Part shown: positions 1 through 12,440 of the stretch, in pieces
Layout of the letters: each line of letters starts with the position of its first letter
Position numbering within the stretch: position 1 is the stretch's first letter
Source: Octopus bimaculoides
Taxonomy: Eukaryota
Length of the DNA stretch: 64,000 bases
Assembly: GCF_001194135.2 (NCBI RefSeq)
Contig: NC_068981.1
Location: forward strand, 78,133,285 to 78,197,284
Reading direction: 5' to 3'
The notes under the pieces: model-generated
Database searches by the model: none
The model's input: the letters and a program-made list of their open reading frames with translations, nothing else
What the model was told of the DNA's origin: nothing
Made by a program: the position numbers and the translations under genes

Positions 1-921
1 AAAAAGAGGGTTGTCCAAAAAAGATTGTTTCGGAAATGTTGGAAGCTCTTGTTTCAGAGAACCCTACTCGGAACTTGCAAAAAAAAAGTTAAATGTGGCC
101 CATACAACCGTGGCACGGCAGCTAAAACACATTGGAAAGGTTTCAGTGGCTGGGAAATGGTTCCCTCACAAGCTGTCTCCAGAGAATAGACAACAGCATG
201 CTGCTTCTTGTCAATCATTGCTTTCACGACGCTTTCAAGCAACGTTTTTAGACAGGCTTGTTACAGGTGATGAGAAACTGATTCTTTACCATAATGTTAA
301 ATGCTGCTGTTCTTGGATCAGTGCAGGAAGATAGCCAGTTTAATAACCGAGAGCAGGACTTCATCCAAAGAAGACCGTGTTGAGTGTATGGTGGGATATT
401 AAAGGAGTAATCCATTATGAACTGTTGGACAACAACCAAACAATTAATGCTAATCTTAACTGTGAGCAACTTCTTCATTTCAAAACAGTTCTTGAGCCAA
501 AAGAGAGCATCCTTGGTTAACAGAAAGGGTGTCATCTTCCATCACGATAACGCTTGTCCTCACACAGCTCGACTGACCAAAACTCTCTTGGAAGAGCTTG
601 GTTGGAAAATACTGTCTCATCCTCCATATTCTCCTGACATTGCTCCTTCTGATTACCATTTGTTCCGAGTAATACAGAACCATTTTTTGATGGACTTAGG
701 TTAACAACAAGAGAAGAGATTGAAAATGAGTTGGATTCATATTTTGGTTCTAAACCTACAGAATTTTACAAGCGAGGCATTTATAAGGTTGCTGAAAGAT
801 GGAATGAGGTCATTGAAAGCAATGGAGAGTATGTTAATGAATAAATATTTCCATAGTCATTGGCTTATTCATTTTTACCTTAGATCTTTAAATCGGACAT
901 TACTTTTGCACCAACCTGATA
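1..921 (+). mobile_element. Decayed mariner (Tc1/mariner, DD34D) transposon; 5' part lies outside the window
   Basis: Frameshifted transposase fragments: KWFPHKL (WVPHEL-like), LVTGDEK (D at 269), LHPKKTVLSVWWD, FHHDNACPHT (D at 546), HPPYSPDIAPSDYHLF (D at 651). There are exactly 34 residues between the 2nd and 3rd D. The ORF ends NGEYVNE* near 844, followed by a TIR and TA. Confidence 0.95.
891..921 (-). repeat. Mariner right terminal inverted repeat plus TA target site
   Basis: Reverse complement reads TA-TCAGGTTGGTGCAAAAGTAATGTCCGATT, a typical mariner TIR, lying just 3' of the transposase stop. Confidence 0.9.
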
Positions 922-962
922 TATATATTTACATATATATATGTACATATATATATATGTAT

Positions 963-996
<34 letters not shown>

Positions 997-1010
997 GCGT
1001 GTGTGTATGT
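920..1010. repeat. Compound (TA)n/(CA)n/(TG)n microsatellite
   Basis: Directly visible; starts at the mariner TA target site. Confidence 0.95.
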
Positions 1011-1765
1011 ATTTGTATCAATATCTTTATCTTTCTCTCAGGGAGATCTTGCAGATTGATAGCATGTGTGTATGGAACTGAGCATGAAAGGAAATATTTA
1101 CATAATTATGTTTTCTAAACAAATATTCATAGAAACTGTGGCTGGTCTATGGAATAAGCTCTCTTCTCCCTAATATCTACTTCATCTGTCATTAAAGGAA
1201 GCCAGAAATAATATAATTTCATTCTTGATATGAAATAGTCCAACCAGATTTATTCATCCTCCTCTCATCCATCTTCCTGTTTTATGTTTATGTTCAACCA
1301 GAACAAATACATTCGTGCATAGCCTTGAGTTTCCTTTTCCTTTTAGTTGAGGAGAGAACTATAACACATGTATATACATCAATGTGTGTGTATATTATAT
1401 ATATCATCAAGTTATTTATTGGGTATAAAAAGTAAAAAGGATGCTGATGATGATAATTATTAGGCATCAGGTTTATCAAAGAGATTGAATTGAACCAATT
1501 TCAGCTCATGAGCTGTGGCCATGCTGGGGCATGGTCAGAATTGAAACAGGTCTAGCATCCTTACCTCCTAATATGAAGGTTAATAAAATTTATTCTCTTA
1601 TGTGTGTCAGCCCTAAGGTTGTAGCTATGCTGATAAGACATCTCAGGAAAGTTTTGCAGAAAAAATGGATATAGTTAAGTTCATTAACCCTGTTAGCTGT
1701 TTTGTATTAAACACTTAAGTAGCAAGTACTGAAATGAGCAAATACCTGACTATTATTGAGTCTTT

Positions 1766-1925
1766 CATCATCATCATTTAACATCCAATTTTCTATGCTT
1801 GCATGGGTCAGAGGGAATTTGTTGAGGCAGATTTTCTATGGCTGGATGCCCTTCCTGTCACCAACCCCCATATCTTTCCAGGCAAGGTATTATTTCCCCA
1901 TGGTCAAACAGAAGACTGGAAACAC
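1766..1925 (-). mobile_element. RTE LINE 3' tail fragment
   Basis: (CAT)n-ttaacatcc...catgggtc...ggctggatgcccttcct is the reverse complement of the 3' UTR that follows the RTE ORF end at 31140-31640. Confidence 0.75.
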
Positions 1926-2029
1926 TTGTATATCCTCATATACAACCTCACTTGTATATCGATGATACTCATTTACAACATTTATGTGATGTCTAGAGAA
2001 GACTACATCCATGCACATACATACACATA

Positions 2030-2200
2030 TATGCACATAGGACAGGCTTCAGTTAGTTTCCATTCACCAAATCCACTCTTCAGGCTTTAGTCAACCTGTA
2101 ACTACAGTTGAAGTCATTCATCCAAGGTTCCTTGCTGTGGAACTGAACCCAGACCTCATGGCCGGGAAGCAGGTTTCATAACCACACAGTCATGCCTGCA
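2030..2200 (-). mobile_element. CORE-like tRNA-derived SINE
   Basis: Reverse complement of the family seen at 25493 (accaaatccact...ccaagg...ggaactgaaccc...aaccacacagtcatgcctg). Confidence 0.75.
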
Positions 2201-2279
2201 GAGTTTTCCTTGCTAACATTGGTTGGGCAATATAATGACAGTAGTAACTGAAGATGTAACGGTGGTGGTGGTGTCTCTA

Positions 2280-2678
2280 ATTCAGTACAAAGCCAGCAAT
2301 TTTGAGGAGAAGGGTTAGTCAATTATATCTGCTACTTTGTTATTAATCATGAAAAGATGAAAGGCAAAGTGATTGACTTCAGTGAGTTTTGAATTCAGAA
2401 TCGAAGAATTGGAACAAATACCATGAAACATTTTTCCAATGCACTAATAATTTGGCCAACTCACCATCTTTATAATAATTATTTCTAACCTTGGCACAAG
2501 GCCTGAAATTTTATAAGGTGTTTAGTTGATTAGATTGACTCCAGTACTTGACTCATGTTTTATTTTAACAACCTTCAAGGGATGAAAGGTGTAATTGACC
2601 ACAATGAGATTTGAACTCAGAATATAAAGAGCTGAGGTAAATACCACAAACTCTAACAGTTCTGTCAATCCATCACCC

Positions 2679-2715
<37 letters not shown>

Positions 2716-2925
2716 CATTCTACTATAGATACCAGGCCTGAAATTTTATGGAAGTGGGGATAGCCTATTACATTGACCCCCAGTGCTTGACTGGTACTTA
2801 TTTCATTGACCCCGAAAGGATGACAGGTAAAGTTGACCGCAGCAGAATTTGAACTCAGAACATAATGCTGGAAGAAATGCCAGTAGCATTTTGATGGGTA
2901 TACTAGCAATTCTGCCAGTTCACTT
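2280..2925 (-). mobile_element. Three head-to-tail tRNA-SINE copies (type B tail) with (TAA)n at 2679-2717
   Basis: Repeated ggatgaaagg..aaagt.gac...gaatttgaactcagaa (B-box GTTCAAATTC on the - strand); ggcacaaggcc tail motif at 2493. Confidence 0.85.
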
Positions 2926-2934
2926 TTTTAATGA

Positions 2935-3300
2935 TAGCGTACCTGGCACCCATGCTGGTGGTGCGTAAAAAGTCCCTTTTGAACATTGGGCCTCACAGAG
3001 GCAGTGACAAATGACTGAGACCTATGGTAATATACTGTGCCTGAGAAGACCTGTCAAGTCAAGTGAGATCATAGTCATGACTGATGTCGATACTTTGTAA
3101 CTGGCACCCATGCCAGCGGCATGTAAAAAGAACCCGCTACACCCTTGGAGTGGTTGGCATTAGGAAGGGCATCTAGCTGTAGAAACCATGCCAAATCAGA
3201 CTGAAACCTGGTGCAGATCGCCAGCTTACCAGTTTTCAGTCAAACTGCCCAACCCATGCTAGCATGAAAAGCAGATGCTAAATGATGATGGTGATGATGA
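2935..3300 (+). mobile_element. RTE LINE 3' UTR/tail
   Basis: aggaagggcatctagc...aacccatgctagcatgaaaa...(GAT)n, with an internal direct repeat ctggcacccatgc...gtaaaaag. Confidence 0.8.
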
Positions 3301-3594
3301 ATAACGGAATGAATGTTGGCAAGTCAGGAACAAGAAATACGTCAAACAACAGTCAAACTTGTTCATTTTGTTATTAGTGCCCTCAGGGCAATTTCAAAGA
3401 ATCTAGATGCAACACCTGAGAGCTTAGGCATACCAAATATATTAGGGAGTGCACAAATGGCTGTGGTGCTTGGAATGTTTATGTACTGAGGAAGGTTTTG
3501 TGCTTCTGATTTGCAGGCAGGAGCTGAGACATAATTACATACAACCCAACTTCCAACTTTAAAGGATCTATGTGTTGGAGAACAACAAAGCAAT

Positions 3595-4270
3595 AATAAT
3601 AATAATAAAGCCAGAAATTTTAGCGACAGGGAGCAAGTTGAGTACATCAACCCTAGTACTTGGCTGGTACCTTATTTTATCAGTTCCAGTGAAATGAGAG
3701 GCAAATTTGGCTTCAGCAAGATTAATAATAATAGTGTTAATAATAGAATCTGTTTTAGGGACCGGCCTGCTATTTTTGAAGGGAAAGAGTTAGTCGATAC
3801 CATAAGCCACAGTACTCACCTGGTCATTTTTGTTATCAACCCAGGAGGAGTAAAAGTCAAAGTTGACCTCAGGGATTTGAACTGAGAATATTAAGAGCTA
3901 GAACAAATATTGCACTGTATTTTTTCTGAGATTATGATGATTCTAAAATAATAATGATTTTTAACTTATGCATTGGGCCACAGTTTTTGGAAGTAGACTG
4001 TAGTCAGTTTAATTGGTCCCCCACTATCACCACTATTCCAAAAATGAAAGACAAATTTGATCTCTACATAGATTTGAATCTGAGATGTAAAAAGGACATA
4101 ACTAAATACAGCAGTTCTTTTTTTTTTTTTTTACAGTGTCATAAAACCCCAAATTCGTAGGAGAGGGATATTGTTCATTCTATTGACTCCAGTATATGAC
4201 TAGTATTGCTTTTTTGACTATGGTAGGCTTTCATTGTTGGACAAGACTGAATATCACACAGCATAGAATT
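3595..4270 (-). mobile_element. Cluster of 3-4 decayed tRNA-SINE copies
   Basis: Repeated agtact..ctggtac.t.attt..aaagt.gac...gatttgaa motifs separated by (AAT)n. Confidence 0.7.
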
Positions 4271-4684
4271 TAATCAAGTATTCTAGCAAAATTTGCAATC
4301 TTATCACTTTATAATAATAATTATGGAAATGATACTTAAGTCCTATATTGGTTACATATTACTCACTAATTTAAACATTTGATTCTATGCGTCAGTGACT
4401 AACATCAGCTATGAAATCTATGTTAAGTAATCTCCATAACTCTAGTGTTCGTTATAATTTGTATGCTGAATGAGGGAGGGAGTGGGGAGTAAATTACCCT
4501 AAAAGGGTGGAATGGCAAGAGGGTGATTCTTACTCCACCCTATCTTACCCACTAAGAACTCTCCAATAACAGAATTTTTTAAAGATATAGTTAAAGATAT
4601 TTTTTAAGTCCTCAAGTGGGTATGGGGGCTGGTATGATGGAATCAGGTTAGACTTGCAACTCTAGAGTAATTAATACCATGAGT

Positions 4685-4895
4685 TATTGCTGTTGTTTAG
4701 CTCCAGGTTAACCCTTATCAAGCAGACCCTATGAGCAAAGGCATTCCAATCCTGATCATCCTGTCTTTTTTCCTATATTCAGAGAGAACCACACTACTCA
4801 ATGTTCTTCTTTTAAGATTATGGGAGTGGTTTGAGGGATATTAGGCTACTATTTCTAGTAGGACAAGTCACCACGTAGAGGCTCCCTCATTGATT
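4685..4895. repeat. Unclassified interspersed repeat (family X)
   Basis: gttgtttagctccaggt...caaaggcattcca...gctatttctag...agaggctccc recurs at about 11465, 54690, 55995, 63505 and inverted at about 34400. Confidence 0.7.
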
Positions 4896-5799
4896 TATCC
4901 ATTCTGAATTAGATTTTTAGTAGTATCAGGATTTATTTTTCTTCTTGCTTTTAGTACAGAAAAAAGGCTGGGCCCATGACCCTTTACTGGATTAGTGGGA
5001 GAGATGAAGGTTATCCTTAAATCAGAGACTTGGCCTGAATGCTTGAAGCAGTTAAGGCTCCCATGGTGCCATGTGGTAGTGTTAAACCAAGTAACAGATT
5101 AAACATGCCATTCAAGCAAGCCTTGGTAGGATTTGAACTCACAGTGCAAAGAGCTATAATAAATACTGCAAGGCATCCAGTTTGACATTTTTGCAGTTCT
5201 ACTAATTCACCACTCTGGACTGGTACTTTGTTTTAATTGATCTTGAATTCACAGCATAGCAGAACCAAGTCACCATCAATTAGCAGTTTACTATGTTTAA
5301 GAATGGACATATTTGATAATGCAGTCCTGGACATAAACTGTATAAGACAAGATAATCATGGTCAGAATTCTTCTGATTTTGGTTCACTTAATTAGGCTTT
5401 GCTGGTGTTAAGTAACAACAGTTAAAACAAGTTTCAGTATTTTTTTTTTTAAGTGCCTATAATTGTTTCTCTTTAATTTAAAGATGTGTTACCTGGGATT
5501 TTGGGGACAGTGGGAGAAATTGGGAATTAATTTCATTCATGCCTTTCCCACTTCCTCAACATCAACGGTACTTGTCATATATTGTTAGTAAGTCACATGA
5601 CTATTTGTCTCCCTTTTACAAAAACACCTTCTAGCTTCCCAGAAGGAGTGTGGTGGGGATGGGCGAGGCAGTAAAATTTGTCTTGTGGTGTTTGACTGAA
5701 AATTAGTGTTACTATGGTTTCCAAGTCAAATAGGGCCTTCCATACCTTTTACCTCTTACCACCCTTCTCTGTCTTCTATCTGTATCTTGCTCCTTTTCA

Positions 5800-5805
<6 letters not shown>

Positions 5806-5862
<57 letters not shown>

Positions 5863-5885
5863 TCTCTCACACACACATACACACA
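5806..5885. repeat. (CT)n/(CA)n microsatellite; further (CT)n at 6187-6230 and (CT)/(ATCT)n at 6942-7022
   Basis: Directly visible. Confidence 0.95.
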
Positions 5886-6191
5886 TGCAAAACAAAAAAA
5901 CAGTATTTATGTATTTCAAACATAACTCTCATTGTCTTTGTCTTCTTTTCCATTCAATAAAAGTAAACATTCTCCATCTGTTACCATGACAACTCTGACC
6001 TGAAGAAAGAATGAAATCAGTGTTTATTTTGATTGAGAAAACATGGCCTCTCTGTATGTCCTGTCTGTACCCAGTTTCAAAAACTTCCATCATATCATAA
6101 TCACATCTACTGTTCTTCAATTGCCATTCAAACTGAGCCAATGTCACCACACTGGAGCCGTTTCTACTTGTTTCTAATATGTAAACTCTCA

Positions 6192-6229
<38 letters not shown>

Positions 6230-7099
6230 GTTGATTCAGCTGAATTTTTTTTGTTTTTCTTTTCTATATCATTTTTATCACTACTACCACCGCCACTATC
6301 ACTATCACATACAGAATCCATAAGTTATTAAAGACTTTATTATTGTCCATTTCACTAATTAAAGCCATATGAATAAAACTGTTTTCTCACTTTTCCCATC
6401 TACTCTGCTGTGTAATTGTTAGAGATTTAGTTATCTTGGCCAGGAGAATGTGAGTTCAGTCACTATCATAGTTGTATTAGCCATGAGTAGCTTTTGAATT
6501 TGTGATCTTACAAAAAAAAAAAAAAAAAAAAGCAAAAAACTACAGTCTATTAGTAGAACACCTCAAGTGTTTTTTCAAAATCTGAGGTGATCTTCTAAGA
6601 TCATCCTAAGAATCAAAATACAATTTCTTTCAGAAATGAAAATTTTATAAGCACATTTACATTCTTTGCATAGAAATAGGAGTGAAAATTATCTCTACTT
6701 TATAAACTTACTATTCTTTTTCGAAAATGAATAAAAACTGTTACTCTTTTTGTCCTCTTCTTAACTGTACCACTAATTTTTGATGTTTTAAATAAACGAA
6801 TAAATAAATGATAAATGAAAGACATTTAATTTCAGGTAATAAAAGTGTGCTGGTTTTTTATTTTTTTATTTTTTTATTTTTTAGTTACTTATCACTTTTG
6901 GCACTGAAAGATTTGTAGAGTACAGAATCTTATTGCAGTTTTCTCTCTCTCTCTCTCTCTATCTATCTCTCTATCTATCTATCTATCTGTCTCTATCTAT
7001 CTGTCTCTATCTCTCTCTGTGTGACATTAAGTGGTCGATAAAGAACGAAAGAAGTCTCCCTTTTTGACATTCAGCCAGTTCTGTTCACAGACTTTGTCA

Positions 7100-7700
7100 T
7101 GGGAAGTTGATTTCAGCACAGCGCTCTAAGTTAATGGAACTAACAAAGAAAACACTTGGCTTCTATACATCTATACCATGCTCCCTATTATCTGCAGTAC
7201 TCCAAGATAGACTGGCTGCTGTATTACATATAGCTAGCTGAATCATACTGTGTGATAGACCTCCTGGCAGAAGTCTTTGATGAGCACTCTCAGTAGTCAG
7301 GTCCTTTAATTTTTGGAGATTGACTCCACTTAAGTATATATATGTAGGAACTGTTCATCACCATAACAAGCAGAGCACTGTTATGTGACCTTGAAGTTCT
7401 GAGTTCACATCCATTTATGGCTCAAGAATCAGTTTCAGATTAAATTTCTAAACTGTCTTGACTACCCACACATTAGATAAGGGGTGACTTCTATATTAAC
7501 CTCATCGTCACTGAAATTAACCATTATTTGGACAACTTATATAACTTCAGAGTCTTCTGAACTCTGAGGCCACAGGCTATGCTAACACACGTTGAATGTC
7601 TTTGCTATGTGTCTAGCACAGTAATAAACCATCAACTTTTTTCAATTAGGAAGCTGGTACTCTAAGGAATTCAGTCATTTATGACTCCTAAAAAAAGAAA
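7100..7700 (+). mobile_element. Decayed LINE apurinic-endonuclease fragment (CR1/L2-like)
   Basis: Ordered degenerate APE motifs with stops: CDRPPG (YRPP), LIFGD*LH (GDFN), PTH*IRGDFYINLIVT (PTHxxGxxLDL). Confidence 0.5.
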
Positions 7701-8682
7701 AAATTGTTGTAAAGACCTTAAATAAATAATTTCTCTTGCAACAGGATGATGATATTGGCACCATAAATCAGCGAAGTTAGTTTTAGTGTTTCACTGAATT
7801 TTTCTTATATTTATTTATTTTTTTTTTACTCTCTCTGCTATGAAATAATGCTAGATTGCAATTCCCAGGACCCTTTCCTTTGAGAAAACGAAGTGTAGTA
7901 ACCAATTGATTTTTCACCTCTGGATATTACTGATATCAAACTTGTTATAATTTGCATAGTAGGATGAAAGAAGAGATAGATTTTGTAAATTTCTGAATCT
8001 AGCTTTTCCATCTTGCTCTCTATTTACAGTCTCAATCATCTTCACCACTCTTCAATTCCTCAACTAATAACAATAACAACAATAAATAATGCAAATAATA
8101 TTAGCCTAACATTATTGTTACCTCTTGGTGAAATCTACAGAGACACTGAATAAATTTATGGTTATGCATTAATCTTCATCATTTGACTGTTGGTTTTGTT
8201 AAAGCCACATAAAGAGGTATTAAGGCAACATTTCATTTTCATGATTGACTTAATGACTTTGTTCCTCTTAACTCTCATTGTGCTACAGTAAAAGTTCTTG
8301 CAATTTGATAAGATTAATTTCTCTTTCTCTTTTCTTTATATTTTTTTCCTATATTTTGCAGGCAATTGTAGTGGATGTTTTATTATGACATTCTACTAAA
8401 AGAGTCTATATCTTTTACTGCAGGGTTTTCATTATCATATCTGCTTTTTTTTGTTATTGTTATTGTTGTTAATTTTATATCATTATTCTTGCCATTTCTG
8501 TTACAATGATGTGATGTGTGTTTTATGTTATATATAATACACACACGCACACACATGAAAACAGTGTATTATTCATATATAATGTATATGCTCATACACT
8601 CATTATGTGTGCAAATACAAGAATGCACACTAAGAGTAATAGAAGGAAGCATAAAGCACATATGTACACACCTGCACAAGCA

Positions 8683-8713
<31 letters not shown>

Positions 8714-8789
8714 ATACACACATATATATATAATAAACAGTCTGATGTGTTATGATTCCATTGAGGAGGTGTCATTCACTATTTATTCA

Positions 8790-9900
8790 TGCTATACAAG
8801 ACATGAATTTTGTGGCTAACTGGACACACTACTTATTGTTAGGGATTATATTCTTAACAGTTTCCTTTTGTTTTTCTCTGGTAACACGAAGCACGTTAGA
8901 GAATTTCCCTTGCATGGACTCCCACACTGGTGAGGTTGATGTGGTTAATGTTCAGTTTGAACATTTATAAGTTGGTGCCTATAAACATTTATGGGAAAAG
9001 ATGGGTGAGGAAGGAATTTCAGAAAATTGCTATTCTAGGGAGAAAGAATTGGACTAAGTGATTTGAACAGAATCTTATTTCTTTATTGCCCACAAGGGGC
9101 TAAACATAGAGGGGACAAACAAGGACAGACAAAAGGATTAAGTCGATTAGATCGACCCAGTGCGTAACCGGTACTTAATTTATCGACCCCGAGAGGATGA
9201 AAGGCAAAGTCGACCTCGGCGGAATTTGAACTCAGAACGTAATGGCAGACGAAATACCGCTAAGCATTTCACCCAGCGTGCTAACGTTTCTGCCAGCTCG
9301 CCGCCTTAAATTTGATTTGAACAGAATCTGGATAGTAAGACACACTAAGAGTGGTAGGAGAAGGAATGACATATAGGTAGAGAAAATAACAGTTAATTCA
9401 GAAGATCAAAGATCATTGTAATAGTGAAATAATGACCATAGAGGTAAAACAGTTCTGTATATCAACTTGTGGTTGAAGCTTATTGAATATTTGCAGTCAG
9501 GTGGCCTTAGGGATTTGGTTTAGAATGTTTGAGGATGTAGCAGCAGTGTTACTCTAAAGCTGTAAGCCTCTTCTTCAAAGTAGATCTGTTTAGTACTTCT
9601 TTGTAGTAGGCTATCAACTTATCAAGAGTAGAAGTATTTACTAACTTTAGGGAGGGAAACTGTAATATATGTGAAGCTACCATAGCTGAGAACTTCTCAG
9701 GAATTGGAAATCATCCCAATCAGAGTTTTCGCTGGAGCAAGGAAAAATAAACAGTCTTATATGGAAATTGAAACTAGCTCAGGATTTAGAGATTCCAACT
9801 TTTTAGCGCTTATTTTATATATGGATGTAATCATGCACTCGTACATCAGAAAGAGAGTGGGGGAGAGAATGAACATTTTACAAAATATTTAAAGCTTGTA
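8790..9900 (-). mobile_element. Probable decayed Penelope-like element, interrupted by a SINE
   Basis: Weak ordered RT remnants on the - strand (I*DCLF for YIDDC; HP motif); heavily mutated. Confidence 0.35.
9076..9312 (-). mobile_element. Young full-length tRNA-derived SINE (type A tail) with 17-bp TSD
   Basis: Head aaggcggcgagctggcagaaacg (A-box-like), B-box GTTCAAATTCC (9221-9231), CpGs retained, tail ...gccccttgtgggcaataaagaaata. Perfect TSD tgatttgaacagaatct at 9059-9075 and 9313-9329. Confidence 0.95.
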
Positions 9901-10679
9901 TATATTTTCACAAATCAAATTATATAACTGTTCTAGATGACATCTCATGTGTGGAAACAATAAAATTGGAGAGTTCATAGTTTACTAAAACAATGTACCA
10001 ACTACCCTCCTCCTCCAATTTCTTCCTCAAGACACCCATCACCCATCATCTCTCTATCTGCAGTATTCTACTGCTGTAATTAAATGTGAGTGGAACTACA
10101 TCCTACATATTTGACCAATTTTTCCCTGACACCATTCTTTTCACAACTTGGAATCATTTCACTTTTTATCCATACTTCATTCTTAATAGTGACCTCTCAA
10201 CTCTCATCTTACATTGATCACCCTCAATCTCACATTCTCTCTTTTTCCCCCTTTCCTTTCTTTTTCTCTCTCTCTTTCTTCCCCTCTCATCTCTTTCTCT
10301 CACTCCCTCTCTCTGTGTCTTACCTACTTATCATCTCTCAACACTTGTTCACCATCTCTCTCACACTCTTGTATACATTCAGGCATCCTGTACCCACCCA
10401 CACTCCTTGTTGTACTGTCCCCATGTACTTCTACACACCTCATCCCTTGAAATTCACCAACACCACATCAACCCTGTTTTATTGCTTTCCAGATCCACCC
10501 CATTCTGTCTTTTATAATATGAGCAGCCATGTAGTTCCTCTACAGCAAGAAACCTATACTTTAACCCCACCTCTCCGACCATAAAACCACCTCCCTCTCC
10601 ACTGTAACCCCTCTCAATTAAAGTGGACCTTGTTCTTGCTAGCTGCATAACAACCTCATTAGTACTAGCAACACATAGA

Positions 10680-10850
10680 AGCACCCAGTACACACTGTAA
10701 AGTGGTTGGTGTTAGGATGGTCATCCAGCCATATAAGCCATGCCTAAGCAGACATTAAAGCATGATGCAGTCCTTGGACTCATTGGATCCTGTCAAACTA
10801 TCCAACCCATGGCAGCATAGAACATGCACACTAAATAATGATGGTAATAA
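10680..10850 (+). mobile_element. RTE LINE 3' tail fragment
   Basis: gcacccagtacac...catccagcc...tccaacccatggcagcat...taatgatg. Confidence 0.65.
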
Positions 10851-11464
10851 ACATTATGGTCTGATTGCAATACTTTGTATAGTTAATTTGTTTTTAATGA
10901 TTTTATCTTATTTAATATAATTAATAACCATACCTTCATGAGACATTTAGTTCCCTATCTACATAACGTCTAGACTTATCTACATAACTTCTCATGGATC
11001 TTTAAAAATATTTACCACTGCAGAGGCACCAGCTTCTTTACTCCAGGAGCTCAAGCAATTTGATGGAGATATATATGAAGATCATTAAAGACAATATGCA
11101 GTTAAGAATCATAAATTAAGTGGTCAACCTTAATAGAAATGTCTGTAGTTTTATTTTATATCTTTCAAAATCTAATAAAAACATTAGTTAAAAGTAATGT
11201 GTGCTTATATCTTTGGCTGTTTTCTGTCAGTTTTCATCAGTGATCTGCACATACTTCTTACAGTGGGTATTTAATGTTTGGTTTGTGTAATGAAAGCACT
11301 AATATATCTTGATATATGACACTCATTGTTAATTTTGTTTTAAGACATTTTAAAGTTTCAGTTTCAAATTTTCATATTTTCAAAAATTTAGCTTTGTTAT
11401 AGGTTAATGTTATGTATCTGGCATTTTTATACTAAACTGAAAAGGCTTTTCTTTAGTCAGGTGG

Positions 11465-11680
11465 TTCAAGGTTATTGTTTTAACTCCAGGTCAGGCTTGA
11501 TCCATCAGGCCTTTGCTCGAAGGCACCCCAGCTATAACTATCCCATTTCTTATTCAGCTACAATATATATAGGAGTACATTAAGATGGCAGGGTATGATT
11601 TGAGAATGATTTGGCTGCTGTTCCTAGGTTGAACAAGGAGATGTACATTAGTTGTCAGTTTGTCTTTGCTTTGAACTCTA
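11465..11680. repeat. Family X repeat copy
   Basis: Colinear similarity with 4685-4895. Confidence 0.65.
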
Positions 11681-11829
11681 GTATGTTGCGTTTGGTTAAT
11701 ATTCACTGCTGGATTAATTTCCCAATGGGGATTATCACTTTCTTCTTAAGTGTATTAACTTTACAATTAGAATTTAAAGTTTGTAGATGCAGAACATTAG
11801 CAACATTGCCATTTTAAACTTTTGTTTTA

Positions 11830-12440
11830 TGTTGGAATGGTTGAATAAGTTTGCAGTACACTATACTTCTTAGTTCATTCCTTTCTTGTCTGTAAGACCC
11901 ATCATCCTGAAATTTGATCTTGTCATTTCTTCTCAAGTCTTCGGTAACCTTGCTTTAACACAGTTACTTAACACTGTCAATACACAGCAAATTTTCGCTC
12001 CATACCCATTGTGTATTTGCATCAGCTCTCCATACTAGCACAGTTGTTAATCCTGCATACATCAGTTGATGCCCTTTAATACCTAGCTACCCTTTAATCT
12101 ATTCCAAGCTTTACTTTCATGCAAATTAATGTTTTAGATTCAATGGATCATACATAACCAATTTCTCTGTCCAGCTTTCACAAACCATCTACATTCAATG
12201 CCTGAATCTCATTTTGATGCAGCATTTACATACTTTACAAATGCTGCATATTGCCTGTCTTTTGCATGGGAAGAAAAATCCTTTGTTGCCAACAAAAGAT
12301 GACAACTCCTTGAATTTTTATTTCTTTCTTACTCTATCTACTTAGCATTTGCTACAACTGTCTCCAGCACTAATTAGGACATCTATATAATGCAATTTAT
12401 CTAGTATATCTGATGAGATGTTTGGGAAGTTCATGAACTT
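11830..12440 (-). mobile_element. Decayed RTE LINE (C-terminal RT region)
   Basis: DKLHYIDVLISAGDSCS (FCYLGDxISxxGGC-like), KFKELSSFVGNKG (KFRELLPLL..KG-like), and an MGLT end motif like that at 31250. Confidence 0.75.

Noticed and set aside
2280-4270. Regularly recurring repeats resembling a CRISPR array
   Set aside because: The units are long, divergent SINE copies with pol III boxes; there are no constant-length spacers or cas genes, and the context is eukaryotic.
5929-6321. 130-aa minus-strand ORF
   Set aside because: The N-terminal half is encoded by (GA)n and trinucleotide repeats; the rest has no recognisable motif or consistent splice pair.
9200-9310. tRNA gene
   Set aside because: A and B boxes are present, but there is no complete cloverleaf and the sequence continues into a SINE body with a TSD.
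10090-10584. 164-aa ORF
   Set aside because: Low-complexity pyrimidine-rich sequence with a non-canonical start and no domain features.
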